Of a stretch of DNA of 64,000 nt, positions 39,963-50,797 are shown piece by piece. The stretch is from Polyangiales bacterium. Its GTDB lineage: Bacteria; Myxococcota_A; Polyangia; Polyangiales; JADJQN01. Under the pieces are notes generated by a model. The model was given only the letters and a program-made list of their open reading frames with translations. It did no database searches and had not been told where the DNA came from. A program made the position numbers and the translations under genes. Position 1 is the first letter of the stretch. Each line of letters opens with the position of its first letter. The stretch spans positions 576,001-640,000 of the forward strand of contig CAXNJO010000001.1 in the NCBI GenBank assembly GCA_964202905.1, written 5' to 3'.

Positions 39963-40863
39963 CATCGAACTGCGCGACGTCCGTGCCTTCTGCGCCGTGT
40001 TCGACGCGGGCTCGGTGACGGCGGCGGCCAAGCTCCTCCGCGAGACCAAGGGCAGCACGAGCCGGCGCATCGCGCGGCTCGAGCGCGCGCTCGGGGTCGC
40101 GCTGCTCCGGCGCTCGCCGCGGCTCGTGCAGCCGACCGAGGAGGGCGTGCTCTACCGCGCGAGCGTCGGCCGCGCGCTCGAGCTGTTCGAGGAGGCGACG
40201 CTCTCGGCGCAGCGCGCGCAGGAGCGGCCGCGCGGGCGGCTGCGTGTGACGGCGCCTTCGGACTTCGCCGTGGGGCTGCTGCCCGAGCTCGCGGCGCGCT
40301 TCCTCGAGCGCTACCCGGAGGTCACGTTCGAGATGGTCGCGAGCGATGCGCGGCTCGACTTCGACGCGCAGCAGCTCGACTGCGGGCTGCGCATCGGCGC
40401 GCTGCAGGACTCGACGCTCAAGGTGCAGCGCCTGCTCGACGTCGAGCTCGGTTTCTACGCGAGCCCCGCGTACCTCGCGCGGGCCGGCGCGCCGAAGCGC
40501 CCCGCGGACCTGCTCGCGCACCGCATCGTCAGCTACGCGGATCTGCCGCGACCGCTCGAGGTGCGCTTCGAGCGGCGCGGGCGCGAAGAGCTCGTCGCGC
40601 TCACTCCGCACCTCGTCGGCGAGGGCTCCTTCGTGCACGAGGCGATCGCGCACGGGGGCGGCATCGGCGGGGTGCCGCGCCTGCTCGCGGCGCGCTCGGT
40701 CGAGGCCGGGCGGCTCGTCGCGGTCCTGCCCGAGCACCGGCTCGCGTTCACGCGGACGCTCTCGTTCCTGCACCCGGCGACGGCGTTCGTGCCCGCGAAG
40801 GTGCGCGTGTTCCGCGATTTTCTGCGCGAGACGCTCGCGCCGCGCGCGCCCGCGAAGCGCTGA
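39955..40863 (+). CDS. LysR family transcriptional regulator (CrgA/DmlR-like)
   Basis: GSVTAAAKLL...SRRIARLERALGVALLRRS, GRLRVTAP, PAKVRVFRDFL. Confidence 0.95.
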   Translation: METIELRDVRAFCAVFDAGSVTAAAKLLRETKGSTSRRIARLERALGVALLRRSPRLVQPTEEGVLYRASVGRALELFEEATLSAQRAQERPRGRLRVTAPSDFAVGLLPELAARFLERYPEVTFEMVASDARLDFDAQQLDCGLRIGALQDSTLKVQRLLDVELGFYASPAYLARAGAPKRPADLLAHRIVSYADLPRPLEVRFERRGREELVALTPHLVGEGSFVHEAIAHGGGIGGVPRLLAARSVEAGRLVAVLPEHRLAFTRTLSFLHPATAFVPAKVRVFRDFLRETLAPRAPAKR

Positions 40864-40892
40864 CGGCGACGAATGCGCCTCCCGGGGCGCCG

Positions 40893-42458
40893 TCAGATCC
40901 CGGAGCGCGGCGCGCGGAGCAGCTGCTGCAGGGTGTCGCCGACCTCGCGCACCGTGAACGGCTTGGTGTGGAAGCCCGTGCGGTGGAGCGCGCCGACCTG
41001 CGCGATCAGCGCCGCGTCGCCGAAGCCGCTCATGAGCACTGCGGGGAGCTCCGGGCGCCGCTGCCGCAGGGACTCGAGCACCGCGATGCCGCTCGTGTCC
41101 GGCAGATCGAGGTCGATCACCGCGCAAGCGATGTCGGGCCGCTCCGCGAAGCAGGCGAGGGCGGCGCCGCCGCTGTCTGCCGTGACGACCTCGAAGCCCA
41201 TGCGCCCGAGGCCGCGCACGAGCAGCGTCCGCAGCGCCGGCTCGTCGTCGACGACGAGCACGACGTTCGCCTGCGCCGCGTCGCGGGGCGCGGTGCGCGC
41301 GGGGGGGCGTGACGGCGCGCCACGGCGCGGCAGGGCCACGGTGACCGTGGTGCCGAGCCCGACCGCGCTCTCGATGCGGATGGCGCCGCGGTGCGCGCGC
41401 GTGATCCCGAGCGCGGCCGCGAGCCCGAGGCCGCGCCCGACGGCCTTCGTCGAGAAGAACGGTTCGAACAGACGTCCGCGCGACTCCGGGTCGATGCCGT
41501 GTCCCGGGTCGACGACCTCGACCACCGCGTAGGCCCCGGGGACCGTCGCGCTGCCCGGGTGGCACTGGGCGAGGGCGTCGGCGTCGAGGGTGCGCGTCGA
41601 GGTGCGCACGACGATCTCCGCGTCCGGCCGCGTGAGCGCGTCGACCGCGTTCTGCAACAGGCTGGAGAGCAGGCGGCGCAGCTGGTCGCGGTCGCCGTCG
41701 ATCGTCGCGCCGTCGCCCGCGAGCTGCCAGGTGATGCGGGTCGGGCCGGGCAGCGAGGCCGCGATCGCGGGGCGCAGCTCCTCGAGCACCGCGTCGAGCG
41801 AGAGCGGCGAGAGCACGAGGCGCGCTCGACCCGAGTACGCGAGCATCTGGCCGGAGAGCTCGGCGGCGCGGCGCGCGGCGTCTTCGACGGCGGAGAGCAG
41901 CGGCCGCGCGGGGTGGTTCGGCACGAACTCGTCCTGCAGGAGCTGCGCGTTGCCGAGCACGACGCAGAGCAGGTTGTTGAAGTCGTGCGCGATGCCGCCC
42001 GCGAGCGACGAGAGGCTCTCGAACTTGCGGAGCTGCACGATCTGCTCGGCCGCGCGCTCGCGCTCGCGCCGCGCCTCGTCGGCCGCGCGCCGGGCGCGCA
42101 ACAGCTCGGCCTCGTACTCCGCGCGCTGGGCCATCTCGACGACGACGACGTCGATCACGCGCGGCTCGGGGCCGGGGCGCATCACCGCGTTCCACAACAC
42201 CGGCACGTCGCGCCCCGCCTCGGTGCGGAGGTCGAGCTGGAGCTCGCGCGTCTCGCCCGTGCCGCACAGCGTCGGCATGACGTGGGTGAGGAAGAAGATC
42301 CGGCCCGGCACGCCGAAGAGCCGCTCGATGCGCGCGCCGATCAGGGACTCGACGCTCCGCCCCACGAGCTGCGCGAGCCCCGCGTTGCAGCGGAGGATCG
42401 TGCCGCGCTCGTCGAAGCGGAGGTACCCGCAGGGCGCTTCGTCGAGGTCGGCGGACAC
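40893..42458 (-). CDS. PAS (RsbP-like) hybrid histidine kinase with receiver domain
   Basis: APCGYL PAS, RIFFLTHV.P.L; LAGGIAHDFNNLL; NAVDA, DPGHG, FEPFFSTK, GRGLGL; REC VVDDEP...IDLDLP...KPF. Confidence 0.93.
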   Translation of the reverse strand: MSADLDEAPCGYLRFDERGTILRCNAGLAQLVGRSVESLIGARIERLFGVPGRIFFLTHVMPTLCGTGETRELQLDLRTEAGRDVPVLWNAVMRPGPEPRVIDVVVVEMAQRAEYEAELLRARRAADEARRERERAAEQIVQLRKFESLSSLAGGIAHDFNNLLCVVLGNAQLLQDEFVPNHPARPLLSAVEDAARRAAELSGQMLAYSGRARLVLSPLSLDAVLEELRPAIAASLPGPTRITWQLAGDGATIDGDRDQLRRLLSSLLQNAVDALTRPDAEIVVRTSTRTLDADALAQCHPGSATVPGAYAVVEVVDPGHGIDPESRGRLFEPFFSTKAVGRGLGLAAALGITRAHRGAIRIESAVGLGTTVTVALPRRGAPSRPPARTAPRDAAQANVVLVVDDEPALRTLLVRGLGRMGFEVVTADSGGAALACFAERPDIACAVIDLDLPDTSGIAVLESLRQRRPELPAVLMSGFGDAALIAQVGALHRTGFHTKPFTVREVGDTLQQLLRAPRSGI

Positions 42459-42464
42459 GGCGGC

Positions 42465-43289
42465 TCAGGCGTCTGCGGCGAAGAACTCGCGCAGCACCGC
42501 CAGCGTCTCCGTGGGGTCGCTCATGTGCGGGCAGTGGCCGGTCGCGCGCAGCTTGCGGTACGTCGCGCGCGGGATCTCGCGGGCGCAGTAGAGGCCCACC
42601 TCTTCCGGCGCGATCGCGTCCTCGGAGCACTGGACGACGAGCGTCGGCTGCGTCACGCGCGGCAGATCGGCGCGGTTGTCGGCGAGGAAGGTGACCTCGG
42701 CGAAGCGGCGCAAATACAAGGGATCCGTCGAGCAGAAGCTCTGCGTGAGCTCGGCCGAGACGTCGGGGTGATCCGCGGCCCGCGCGACCGTCGGCGCGAG
42801 CATGTTCACCCAGCCCATGAAGTTGCGGTCCATGAGGTCGAGGAGGCCGTCGATGTCGGCGCGCGAGAAGCCACCGCGGTACGGCGGATCGTCGACGTAG
42901 CAGGGCGAGGGGCCGATCAGCGACAGACTGGCGAAGCGCTCCGGCGCCTCCCGTGCCGCGAGGACGCCGACCATCGAGCTGACGGAGTGCCCCACGAAGC
43001 GGGCGTCGCGGACCCCGAGCGCCTCGACGACGTCGAGCACGTCGCGGGCGTAGCCACGCAGCGAGCCGTAGCGCGCGGGGTCGTAGGCGCGCATGTCGGA
43101 GCGGCCGCAGCCGACGTAATCGAACAGCACGACGCGGTGGTCGCGCGCGAGGTCCGGCGCGACGTGGCGCCACATCGTCTGGTCGCAGCCGAAGCCGTGC
43201 GCGAGGACGACCGGCGGCGCGTCCTCCGGCCCCGTGACGGTGACGTGGTTGCGGTGGAGGATCGCTTGCGCGGTCGACTGTGTGCTCAC
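42465..43289 (-). CDS. rsbQ: RsbQ-like (KAI2/D14-related) alpha/beta hydrolase
   Basis: AHGFGCDQTMW, FDYVG.G.SD, GHSVS, GPSP.Y, GGF, GHCPHMS. Confidence 0.92.
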   Translation of the reverse strand: MSTQSTAQAILHRNHVTVTGPEDAPPVVLAHGFGCDQTMWRHVAPDLARDHRVVLFDYVGCGRSDMRAYDPARYGSLRGYARDVLDVVEALGVRDARFVGHSVSSMVGVLAAREAPERFASLSLIGPSPCYVDDPPYRGGFSRADIDGLLDLMDRNFMGWVNMLAPTVARAADHPDVSAELTQSFCSTDPLYLRRFAEVTFLADNRADLPRVTQPTLVVQCSEDAIAPEEVGLYCAREIPRATYRKLRATGHCPHMSDPTETLAVLREFFAADA

Positions 43290-43547
43290 CGGGCCAGCGT
43301 AGGCCGGGGTGCGCGGACGACGGTAGCGATTTCATCACGGTGCGGTGCCCCGCGATGCGGCAATTTGGTTGACGTGTCGCGCGCGGGTTCCGTACTCTCC
43401 GCGCGGCCGTCGGCGTCGCGTACGTCGCCTCGCCCTCGTCTCTCCCTCGAAGTCGCGTTGACGAGGTCGCCAGCCCGGGCTGAGGGACCGTGACCGTTGC
43501 CCGGAAGTACCCCAAGGCACCCAGCGTCCCGCGTGGAGCGTCGAGCG

Positions 43548-46500
43548 ATGACCTCAGCCAGCCGAGTCCAGACCGTGTTCGTGACCGCCCTGCTCGTGGG
43601 CCTGCTCGCGAGCCTCGCGGCGCTCGCGGCGCTCGGCGTGCTCGGGGCGGAGGTCGGGGCCGGGGTGCTCACGGCCTTCGCGCTCGCGGCGCTGGTGGGC
43701 CTCCGGGGCCTGCGCGGCGAGGCCGTGCCGGTCGCCCCGGCACCGCGGGCGGAGGCGGCGCCGTTCCGGCTGCTCGCGTCGAGCGCCGAGCCGCACCTCC
43801 TCATCGCGGCCGATGGCAAGGTCGTCGACGGAAACGAAGCGGCCGCCGCGCTCGTCGGCGTGCCGCACGCGTCGCTCGCGGGGGCGTCGTTCGCCGGCTG
43901 GTTCGCCGACCCGGAGAGCGCCACCGTCGCGCTCGAGCGCACGCGGGCGCGGGGCGCGATCCGCGGCGTCGCGCTGACCTTGCAGCGGGCGTCCGGCGAG
44001 GCCCGCGGGCTGCTCTTCAGCGGCTCGCTCGCGCCCGCCGACGACGGCACCGCGCCGCACGCGCTCGTGGGGCTGCGCGATGTGAGCGAGTCGCGGAGCG
44101 CCGCGGCCGACGCCGAGAAGCGCCTCGCCTACACGCGGAGCCTCGTCGAGGCCTCGGCCGAACCGCTCCTCGTCCTCGACGTCGACGGCACCATCACCGA
44201 CGTGACGGACGCCGCGGTCGTGCGCTTCGGGCTGCCCCGGGAGCGGCTCGTCGGGAGCGAGTTCGGCGCGCTGTTCGCGGACGCCGACGCCGCGCGCCGC
44301 GTCCATGAACGTACGCTCACCGAGGGCAGGGTCAGCGATGTGGGTCTCACGCTGCGCAGCCGCGTGGCCGGGCTCGTCGAGGTGATGTTCTCGGGTCGCG
44401 CATACCGCGACGAGGGCGGCGTGCTCCGGGGTGTGTCCGCCGCGATCCGCGACGTCACCGCGACGCGCAAGGCCGAGCGTGAGCGCGACGCGAAGGAGTG
44501 GATGGTCGCCGGCGTCGGGCGGCTGAACGAGGTCTTTCAGGGGCAGGTCAACACGCGCGATTTGACGCGCCGCATCATTTCCGAGCTCGCGGAGTACACC
44601 GGCGCGCAGGTCGGCGCGTTCTACGCGGTCGATCCGGACGGCGAGGCCGACGCCCTCTCCCTGATCGCGAGCCACGCCTACACGCACCGCAAGACGCTCG
44701 CGACGCGCTTCCGGCCGGGCGAGGGCGTCGTCGGCCAGGCCGCCCTCGAGAAGAAGCAGATCCTCCTCTCCGACGTGCCGGAGGACTACATCCGCGTCGC
44801 CTCGGGGCTCGGCGAGGCGACGCCGCGCCACCTCTGCGTCACGCCGCTGATGCTCGAGGGGCGCGTGACCGGGATGCTCGAGCTCGCGTCGTTGGGCCCC
44901 TTCACCGACGCGGCCATCGACTATCTGCGGCAGGTCGCGCCGAGCGTCGCCGTCTCCCTCGAGGCGGCCGTCGCGCGGGAGCGCGTCGGCGTCGCCCTGC
45001 AGCGCGCGCAGACGCTCGCCGCCGAGCTCGAGGCGCAGCAGGACACGCTCCGCAACACCAACGCCGAGCTCGAGGAGCAGACCGCGCAGCTCAAGGTCTC
45101 CGAGCAGAAGTTCAAGTCGCAGCAGGCCGAGATCGAGCTCGCGAACATCGAGCTGACCCAGAAGAACGACCTGCTCGAGCGCCAGAAGGTCGAGACCGAG
45201 CAGGCGCGCCGCGTCCTCGCCGCGCAGGCCGAGGAGGTCGCGCTCGCGAGCAAGTACAAGTCCGAGTTCCTCGCGAACATGTCCCACGAGCTGCGCACAC
45301 CGCTCAACAGCCTGCTGCTGCTCGCGCGCTTGCTGCGCGAAAACGCGACCGAGAACCTCACGGCCGAGCAGGTCGAGTCGGCGACCGTCATCTACGAGAG
45401 CGGCAGCGATCTGCTCAGCCTGATCAACGAGATCCTCGACCTGTCGAAGATCGAGGCCGGCAAGATGGAGCTGCGCCTCGAGGCGGTCGAGCTCGCCGAC
45501 CTCGAGCGGAGCCTGCTCTCGCAGTTCGCGCACATGGCGAGCGCGCAGGGGCTCAAGCTCGTCATCGAGCGCGCGCCGGACGCGCCGGCGGAGATCGTGT
45601 CGGACGCGCAGCGCGTCGGGCAGGTGCTCAAGAACCTCATCGGCAACGCGCTGAAGTTCACGGAGGCGGGCGGCGTCACCGTGCGGATCGGCCGCCCCGA
45701 CCCGGACGCGCGCCTCGCGCGGAGCGGGCTCGACCCGGCCGCGAGCCTCGCGATCAGCGTCACCGACACGGGCATCGGCATCCCGGCCGACAAGCAGCGC
45801 ATCATCTTCGAGGCCTTCCAGCAGGCCGACTCGGGGGACCGCCGCAAGTACGGCGGCACGGGGCTCGGCCTCTCGATCTCGCGCGAGCTCGCGGCCCTGC
45901 TCGGCGGCGAGATCCAGCTCGTCAGCGAGCCCGGCAAGGGCTCGACCTTCACGGTGTTCCTGCCGCTGCGCGTCGAGGGGCCGGTGTCGGTGTCGCGCGG
46001 CCCCGCGCGCGCGCCGGCGCCCGCACCGACGCTGCCCCGCGTCGACGCCTTCGCGGCGCCCCAGCCTGCTGCGCCGAAGCCCGCGCCCGCGCGGCAGGCG
46101 CTGCCGGATGATCGCGCGTCGATCGCCGAGCACGATCGACGTGATCCTCGTCGTCGAGGACGACGAGCGCTTCGCGCGGATCCTCGCGGCGCACGTCCGC
46201 GCGCGGGGCCTGAAGTGCCTGCTCGCGACGAGCGGCGAGGAGGGCCTCGAGCTCGCGCGCGCGCACCGGCCCGACGGCGTCGTGCTCGACATCCAGCTCC
46301 CGCAGATGGACGGCTGGGCCGTGCTCAACACGCTCAAGCAGGACGTGTCGCTGCGGCACATCCCCGTGCACATCGTCTCGGCGGAGGAGTCGAGCACGCA
46401 GAACCTGCGCCTCGGCGCGATCGGCCACGTCGCGAAGCCCGTCGGGCGCGAACAGATCGACGAGGTGCTGCAGCGGCTCGAGGCGGCCTCCGCGCAGGCG

Positions 46501-47304
46501 CCGAAGCGCGTGCTCGTCGTCGAGGACGACGACGTGATGCGCCGCGAGACCGTGCGCATCGTGGGCAACGGCAACGTCTCCGTCACCGAGGTCTCGACGG
46601 GCGGGGCGGCGCTCGCGGCCCTCGCCGAGGGGCCGTTCCAGCTGGTCGTGATGGACCTCGGCCTGCCGGACATGCAGGGCCTCGAGCTGCTCCGCCGCAT
46701 CACCGAGGCGAAGCTCGCGCTGCCGCCCGTCATCATCCACACCAACCGCGAGCTCACCACCGAGGAGGAACTCTTCCTGCGGGCGTACGCGGAGTCGATC
46801 ATCGTCAAGGACGTGCGCTCGCAGGAGCGGCTCATCGACGAGGTCGCGCTCTTCCTGCACCGCGTCGTGCGCGATCTGCCCGAGGAGAACCGCCGCGCGA
46901 TCCTGCACCTGCACGAGTCGAACGAGCCGCTCCGCGGGAAGAAGGTGCTCATCGTCGAGGACGACATGCGCACCATGTTCGCGATGGCGCGCATGCTCGC
47001 GGGGCACGGCGTGAACCCGGTCAAGGCCGAGAACGGCGAGCGCGCGCTCGCGATGCTCGGCGAGCACCCCGACGTCGACCTCGTGCTCATGGACATGATG
47101 ATGCCGGTGCTCGACGGCTACGAGGCCATGCAGCGGATCCGCAAGATCGGCCCGTTCGCGCGCCTGCCGATCGTCGCGCTCACCGCGAAGGCCATGAAGG
47201 AGGACCGCCAGCGCTGCCTCGAGGCGGGCGCGACGGACTACCTCTCGAAGCCGGTCGACCCGGATCGCCTCGTCTCCCTCATGCGCGTGCTGCTCTCCCG
47301 CTGA
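43548..47304 (+). CDS. Hybrid histidine kinase TM-PAS-PAS-GAF-coiled coil-HisKA-HATPase-REC-REC-REC; frameshift near 46138
   Basis: GEGVVGQAA GAF; SKYKSEFLANMSHELRTPLNS; NALKFT, DTGIG, GGTGLGL; after one extra base three REC domains (VLDIQLP, VMDLGLP, LMDMMMP). Confidence 0.93.
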
Positions 47305-47320
47305 ATCCCCTGGAGTCGCC

Positions 47321-48181
47321 GTGAGCAACCCGTCGACGAACCTCCTGCACGCGACGCCGGAGGACATCGCGCAGATCGAGGTGGGCCTCCTGCTCGAGGC
47401 CATCCACCTCCGCTACGGCTACGACTTCCGCGACTACGCGCGCGAGACGCTGGCGCGCCGCATCGCGCAGTTCCAGCTCGACGCGGGCATCCCGACGATC
47501 GGCGAGGTGACCTCGCGCATCCTCCGCGAGCCGGGCGTGTTCTACCGGCTCGTCGGCTATTTCTCGGTGAACGTCACCGCGCTCTTCCGCGACCCGTTCG
47601 TCTACGCGGCGCTGCGGCGGCACGTCGTGCCGCTGCTGCGCACGTGGCCCCACGTGAAGCTCTGGGACGCGGGCTGCGCGACGGGCGAGGAGGTGTACTC
47701 GCTCGCGATCCTCCTCAGCGAGGAGGGCCTCCTCGAGCGCTGCACGCTCTACGCGACGGACATCAGCGCCTCGGCGCTCGAGACGGCGCGGGCCGGCATC
47801 TATCCGCTCGAGACGATCCTGCGCGGCAGCACGAACTACCTCGAGTCGGGCGCGCGCGGCTCGCTCTCCAACTATTATCACGCGCGATACGATGCCGCGG
47901 CGATGGACGCGCGCCTCCGCAAGGGCGTGACGTTCGCGCGACACAACCTCGCGATGGACACGTCGTTCGGCGAGATGCAGGTCATCGTCTGCCGCAACGT
48001 GCTCATCTACTTCAACCGCGAGCTGCAGGACCACGTGCTCGAGCTCTTCTGGGAGAGCCTCGAGAACGGCGGCTTCCTCTGCCTCGGCGACAAGGAATCG
48101 CTCTCGTTCACCTCGGTGGCCGACCGCTTCGAGGTGATCGACGAGAGCGCGCGGATTTACAAGAAGAGGGCGAGGCGATGA
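47321..48181 (+). CDS. cheR: CheR-type protein-glutamate O-methyltransferase
   Basis: YGYDFRDY, VNVTALFRDP, WDAGCATGEEVYS, YATDI, CRNVLIYF, GFLCLG.KES. Confidence 0.95.
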   Translation: MSNPSTNLLHATPEDIAQIEVGLLLEAIHLRYGYDFRDYARETLARRIAQFQLDAGIPTIGEVTSRILREPGVFYRLVGYFSVNVTALFRDPFVYAALRRHVVPLLRTWPHVKLWDAGCATGEEVYSLAILLSEEGLLERCTLYATDISASALETARAGIYPLETILRGSTNYLESGARGSLSNYYHARYDAAAMDARLRKGVTFARHNLAMDTSFGEMQVIVCRNVLIYFNRELQDHVLELFWESLENGGFLCLGDKESLSFTSVADRFEVIDESARIYKKRARR

Positions 48182-50598
48182 GCGCACCCGACACGACGAA
48201 CGATCCCCGCCGGCCGGTCCGCGGCGCCGAGGTCCTGATCCTGGCCGTCGACGACAAGCCGGCCAACCTCATCGCGCTCGAGCGCGCGCTCGCCTCGGTG
48301 CCCGCGCGGATCGTGAAGGCGACGAGCGGCGAAGAGGCCCTCGCGGTGTCGCTGCGCCACCAGTTCGCGCTCGCGATCCTCGACGTCCAGATGCCCGGCA
48401 TGGACGGCTACGAGCTCGCCGAGATCCTGCTCGCCGACCCGGCCACCGCGCGCACGCCGATCATCTTCGTGACCGCCGCGTACTCGGACGAGGCGCATCT
48501 GTTCAAGGGCTACGGCGCGGGCGCCGTGGACTACATGGTCAAGCCCTACGACCCGGCGATCCTCGTCTCGAAGGTCAACGTCTTCCTCGAGCTCGCGCGG
48601 CACCGCTTCGGCCTCGAGGACGCCGTCGAAGAGCGCACGCGCGCGCTCCGGGCGAGCGAGGCGCGCTACCGCACGCTCTTCGAGACGATGGCGCAGGGCG
48701 TCGTCTACCAGGACGCGACGGGCCGGATCGTCGAGTCGAACCCCGCCGCGCAGCGCATCCTCGGGCGCTCGGGGCCGGAGCTGCTCGGTCGCGACTCGGC
48801 GGACGGCACCTGGGTGGCGGTGCGGGAGGACGGGCGCGAGTTCCCCGGCCACGAGCACCCCGCGATGGTCGCGCTCCGCACGGGGCAGCCCGTGCGCGAC
48901 GTGGTGATGGGGCTGCAGCGGCCGGCCGACGGCGGCACGGTGTGGATCCACATCGACGCGACCCCGCAGTTCCGCCCCGGTGAGCGCGAGCCGCATCAGG
49001 TCTACACGACCTTCTCGGACATCACCGCGCGTCGCGAGGCGGAGCGCAAGGTCGAGGCGTCCGAGCGCGCGCTGCGCACGGTCTTCGAGAGCATCGAGGA
49101 CGGCATCCTCGTCATCGACGCCGACACCTTCGCGCTGCAGCTCGCGAACGGCGGCATGGGGCGGCTCCTCGGGCGCCCGGCGCCGCTGCATGCCGGCTCG
49201 CCGCTCGCCGAGCTGCTCCCGGCCACGCACCTCGGGCGGCTCCGCGCGCACGCGGCGCTGCGCCAGGAGGGCGCGTCCACGATCCTCGATCTGCCGATCC
49301 GGCGGAGCGACGGATCGGAGGCAGTCGCCGACGTCCTGCTCGCGCCCATCGATCTCCGCGGTCGCCGCTGCCTGCTCGCCGTCTTCCGCGACATGACCGA
49401 GCGGCGTCGCGAGGAGCGCGAGCGCGAGCGGCTGCAGGCCGAGCTCTATCAAGCGCAGCGCATGGAATCGATCGGCGTGCTCGCGGGCGGCGTCGCGCAC
49501 GACTTCAACAACCTGCTCTCGGTGATCCTCGGCTACGTCGGGCTCGCGATCGACAGCGAGGACACGAGCGCGACGACGCGCGAGGACCTCGTCGAGGTGA
49601 AGAAGGCGGGCGAGCGCTCCGCCGAGCTCACGCGGCAACTGCTCGCCTTCGGCCGCAAGCAGGTGTTGCAGCGGGTGCCGATCGACCTGAACCACATCGC
49701 GCTCGGCGTCGAGAAGATGCTGCGCCGCATCATCGGCGAGGACATCGCGCTCTCGTTCGAGCTCGGCGACGCGCTGTGGATCGTCCGCGCGGATCCCGGG
49801 CAGGTCGAGCAGATCGTGATGAACCTCGCGGTCAACGCGCGCGACGCGATGCCCCACGGCGGCACGCTGCGGATCGCCACCGAGAACATCGAGATCGATC
49901 GCGCGCTGAGCGCGCGGCACCCGGAGCTCGCGCCGGGCAGCTACGTGCGCTTCACGGTGTCCGACACCGGACACGGCATCGACGCCGACACGCTCGGCCG
50001 CATCTTCGAGCCGTTCTTCACGACCAAGGCGCGCGACAAGGGCACCGGGCTCGGGCTCTCGACGGTGTACGGCATCGTGACGCAGAGCGAGGGCTACGTG
50101 TTCTGCGAGAGCGAGGTCGGCCGCGGCACCGCGTTCCGCGTCTACCTGCCGCGCGTCGAGGGCGTCGCGCCGGTCTCGGTGCGGCCTGCGCCGCTCGCGG
50201 GCGAGATCCGCGGCGGCAGCGAGACGGTGCTCGTCGTCGAGGACGCGGATCCGGTGCGCAGCCTCGCGGCGCGGGCGCTCGACGCGGCGGGCTACCGCGT
50301 GCTGACGGCCATCGACGGCGTCGACGCGCTGCGCACGAGCGCCTCGTGGTCCGCGCCGATCCACCTCGTGCTCACCGACGTCGTCATGCCGCGCATGGGC
50401 GGCGACGAGCTCGCGACGCGCCTCGCGGAGGTCCGTCCCGAGTCGCGCGTGCTGTTCATGTCGGGCTACACCGGCTCGATCTTCCGCCGCGACGGGCACA
50501 GCGAGCCACAGCTGCACTTCGTCGAGAAGCCCTTCCGCGTCGACGATCTGCTGCGCAAGGTCCGCGCGATGCTCGACGCGCCGGTCGCGCCGGGCTGA
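48178..50598 (+). CDS. Hybrid sensor kinase REC-PAS-PAS-HisKA-HATPase-REC
   Basis: ATGA overlap with cheR; VDDKPANL...LDVQMPGMDG; LAGGVAHDFNNLL; VNARDAM; FFTTK..GTGLGL; LTDVVMP. Confidence 0.95.
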   Translation: MSAPDTTNDPRRPVRGAEVLILAVDDKPANLIALERALASVPARIVKATSGEEALAVSLRHQFALAILDVQMPGMDGYELAEILLADPATARTPIIFVTAAYSDEAHLFKGYGAGAVDYMVKPYDPAILVSKVNVFLELARHRFGLEDAVEERTRALRASEARYRTLFETMAQGVVYQDATGRIVESNPAAQRILGRSGPELLGRDSADGTWVAVREDGREFPGHEHPAMVALRTGQPVRDVVMGLQRPADGGTVWIHIDATPQFRPGEREPHQVYTTFSDITARREAERKVEASERALRTVFESIEDGILVIDADTFALQLANGGMGRLLGRPAPLHAGSPLAELLPATHLGRLRAHAALRQEGASTILDLPIRRSDGSEAVADVLLAPIDLRGRRCLLAVFRDMTERRREERERERLQAELYQAQRMESIGVLAGGVAHDFNNLLSVILGYVGLAIDSEDTSATTREDLVEVKKAGERSAELTRQLLAFGRKQVLQRVPIDLNHIALGVEKMLRRIIGEDIALSFELGDALWIVRADPGQVEQIVMNLAVNARDAMPHGGTLRIATENIEIDRALSARHPELAPGSYVRFTVSDTGHGIDADTLGRIFEPFFTTKARDKGTGLGLSTVYGIVTQSEGYVFCESEVGRGTAFRVYLPRVEGVAPVSVRPAPLAGEIRGGSETVLVVEDADPVRSLAARALDAAGYRVLTAIDGVDALRTSASWSAPIHLVLTDVVMPRMGGDELATRLAEVRPESRVLFMSGYTGSIFRRDGHSEPQLHFVEKPFRVDDLLRKVRAMLDAPVAPG

Positions 50599-50730
50599 CG
50601 CATCGCGCCGGTGCTGCGCCGGACCGAGCCCGCGGCATCGCCTCGCCGCTCGGCGCTTCGTCGTTCGGCTCTTCGTCGCGGCGCCTCGTCGCGCCTCGCC
50701 GCCCGGAGATTCAAAGCCCTGGAACGCCTG

Positions 50731-50771
50731 AAAAAAGCGAAGCCCCGGGACGCTCGAGCGTGCCCGGGGCT
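50731..50771 (-). terminator. Rho-independent terminator for the Cys-rich lipoprotein operon
   Basis: Hairpin agccccggg-acgctcgagcgtg-cccggggct, then cgctttttt on the minus strand. Confidence 0.75.
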
Positions 50772-50797
50772 CCGTGGGGGGTCGCGTCAGCGCGTGT

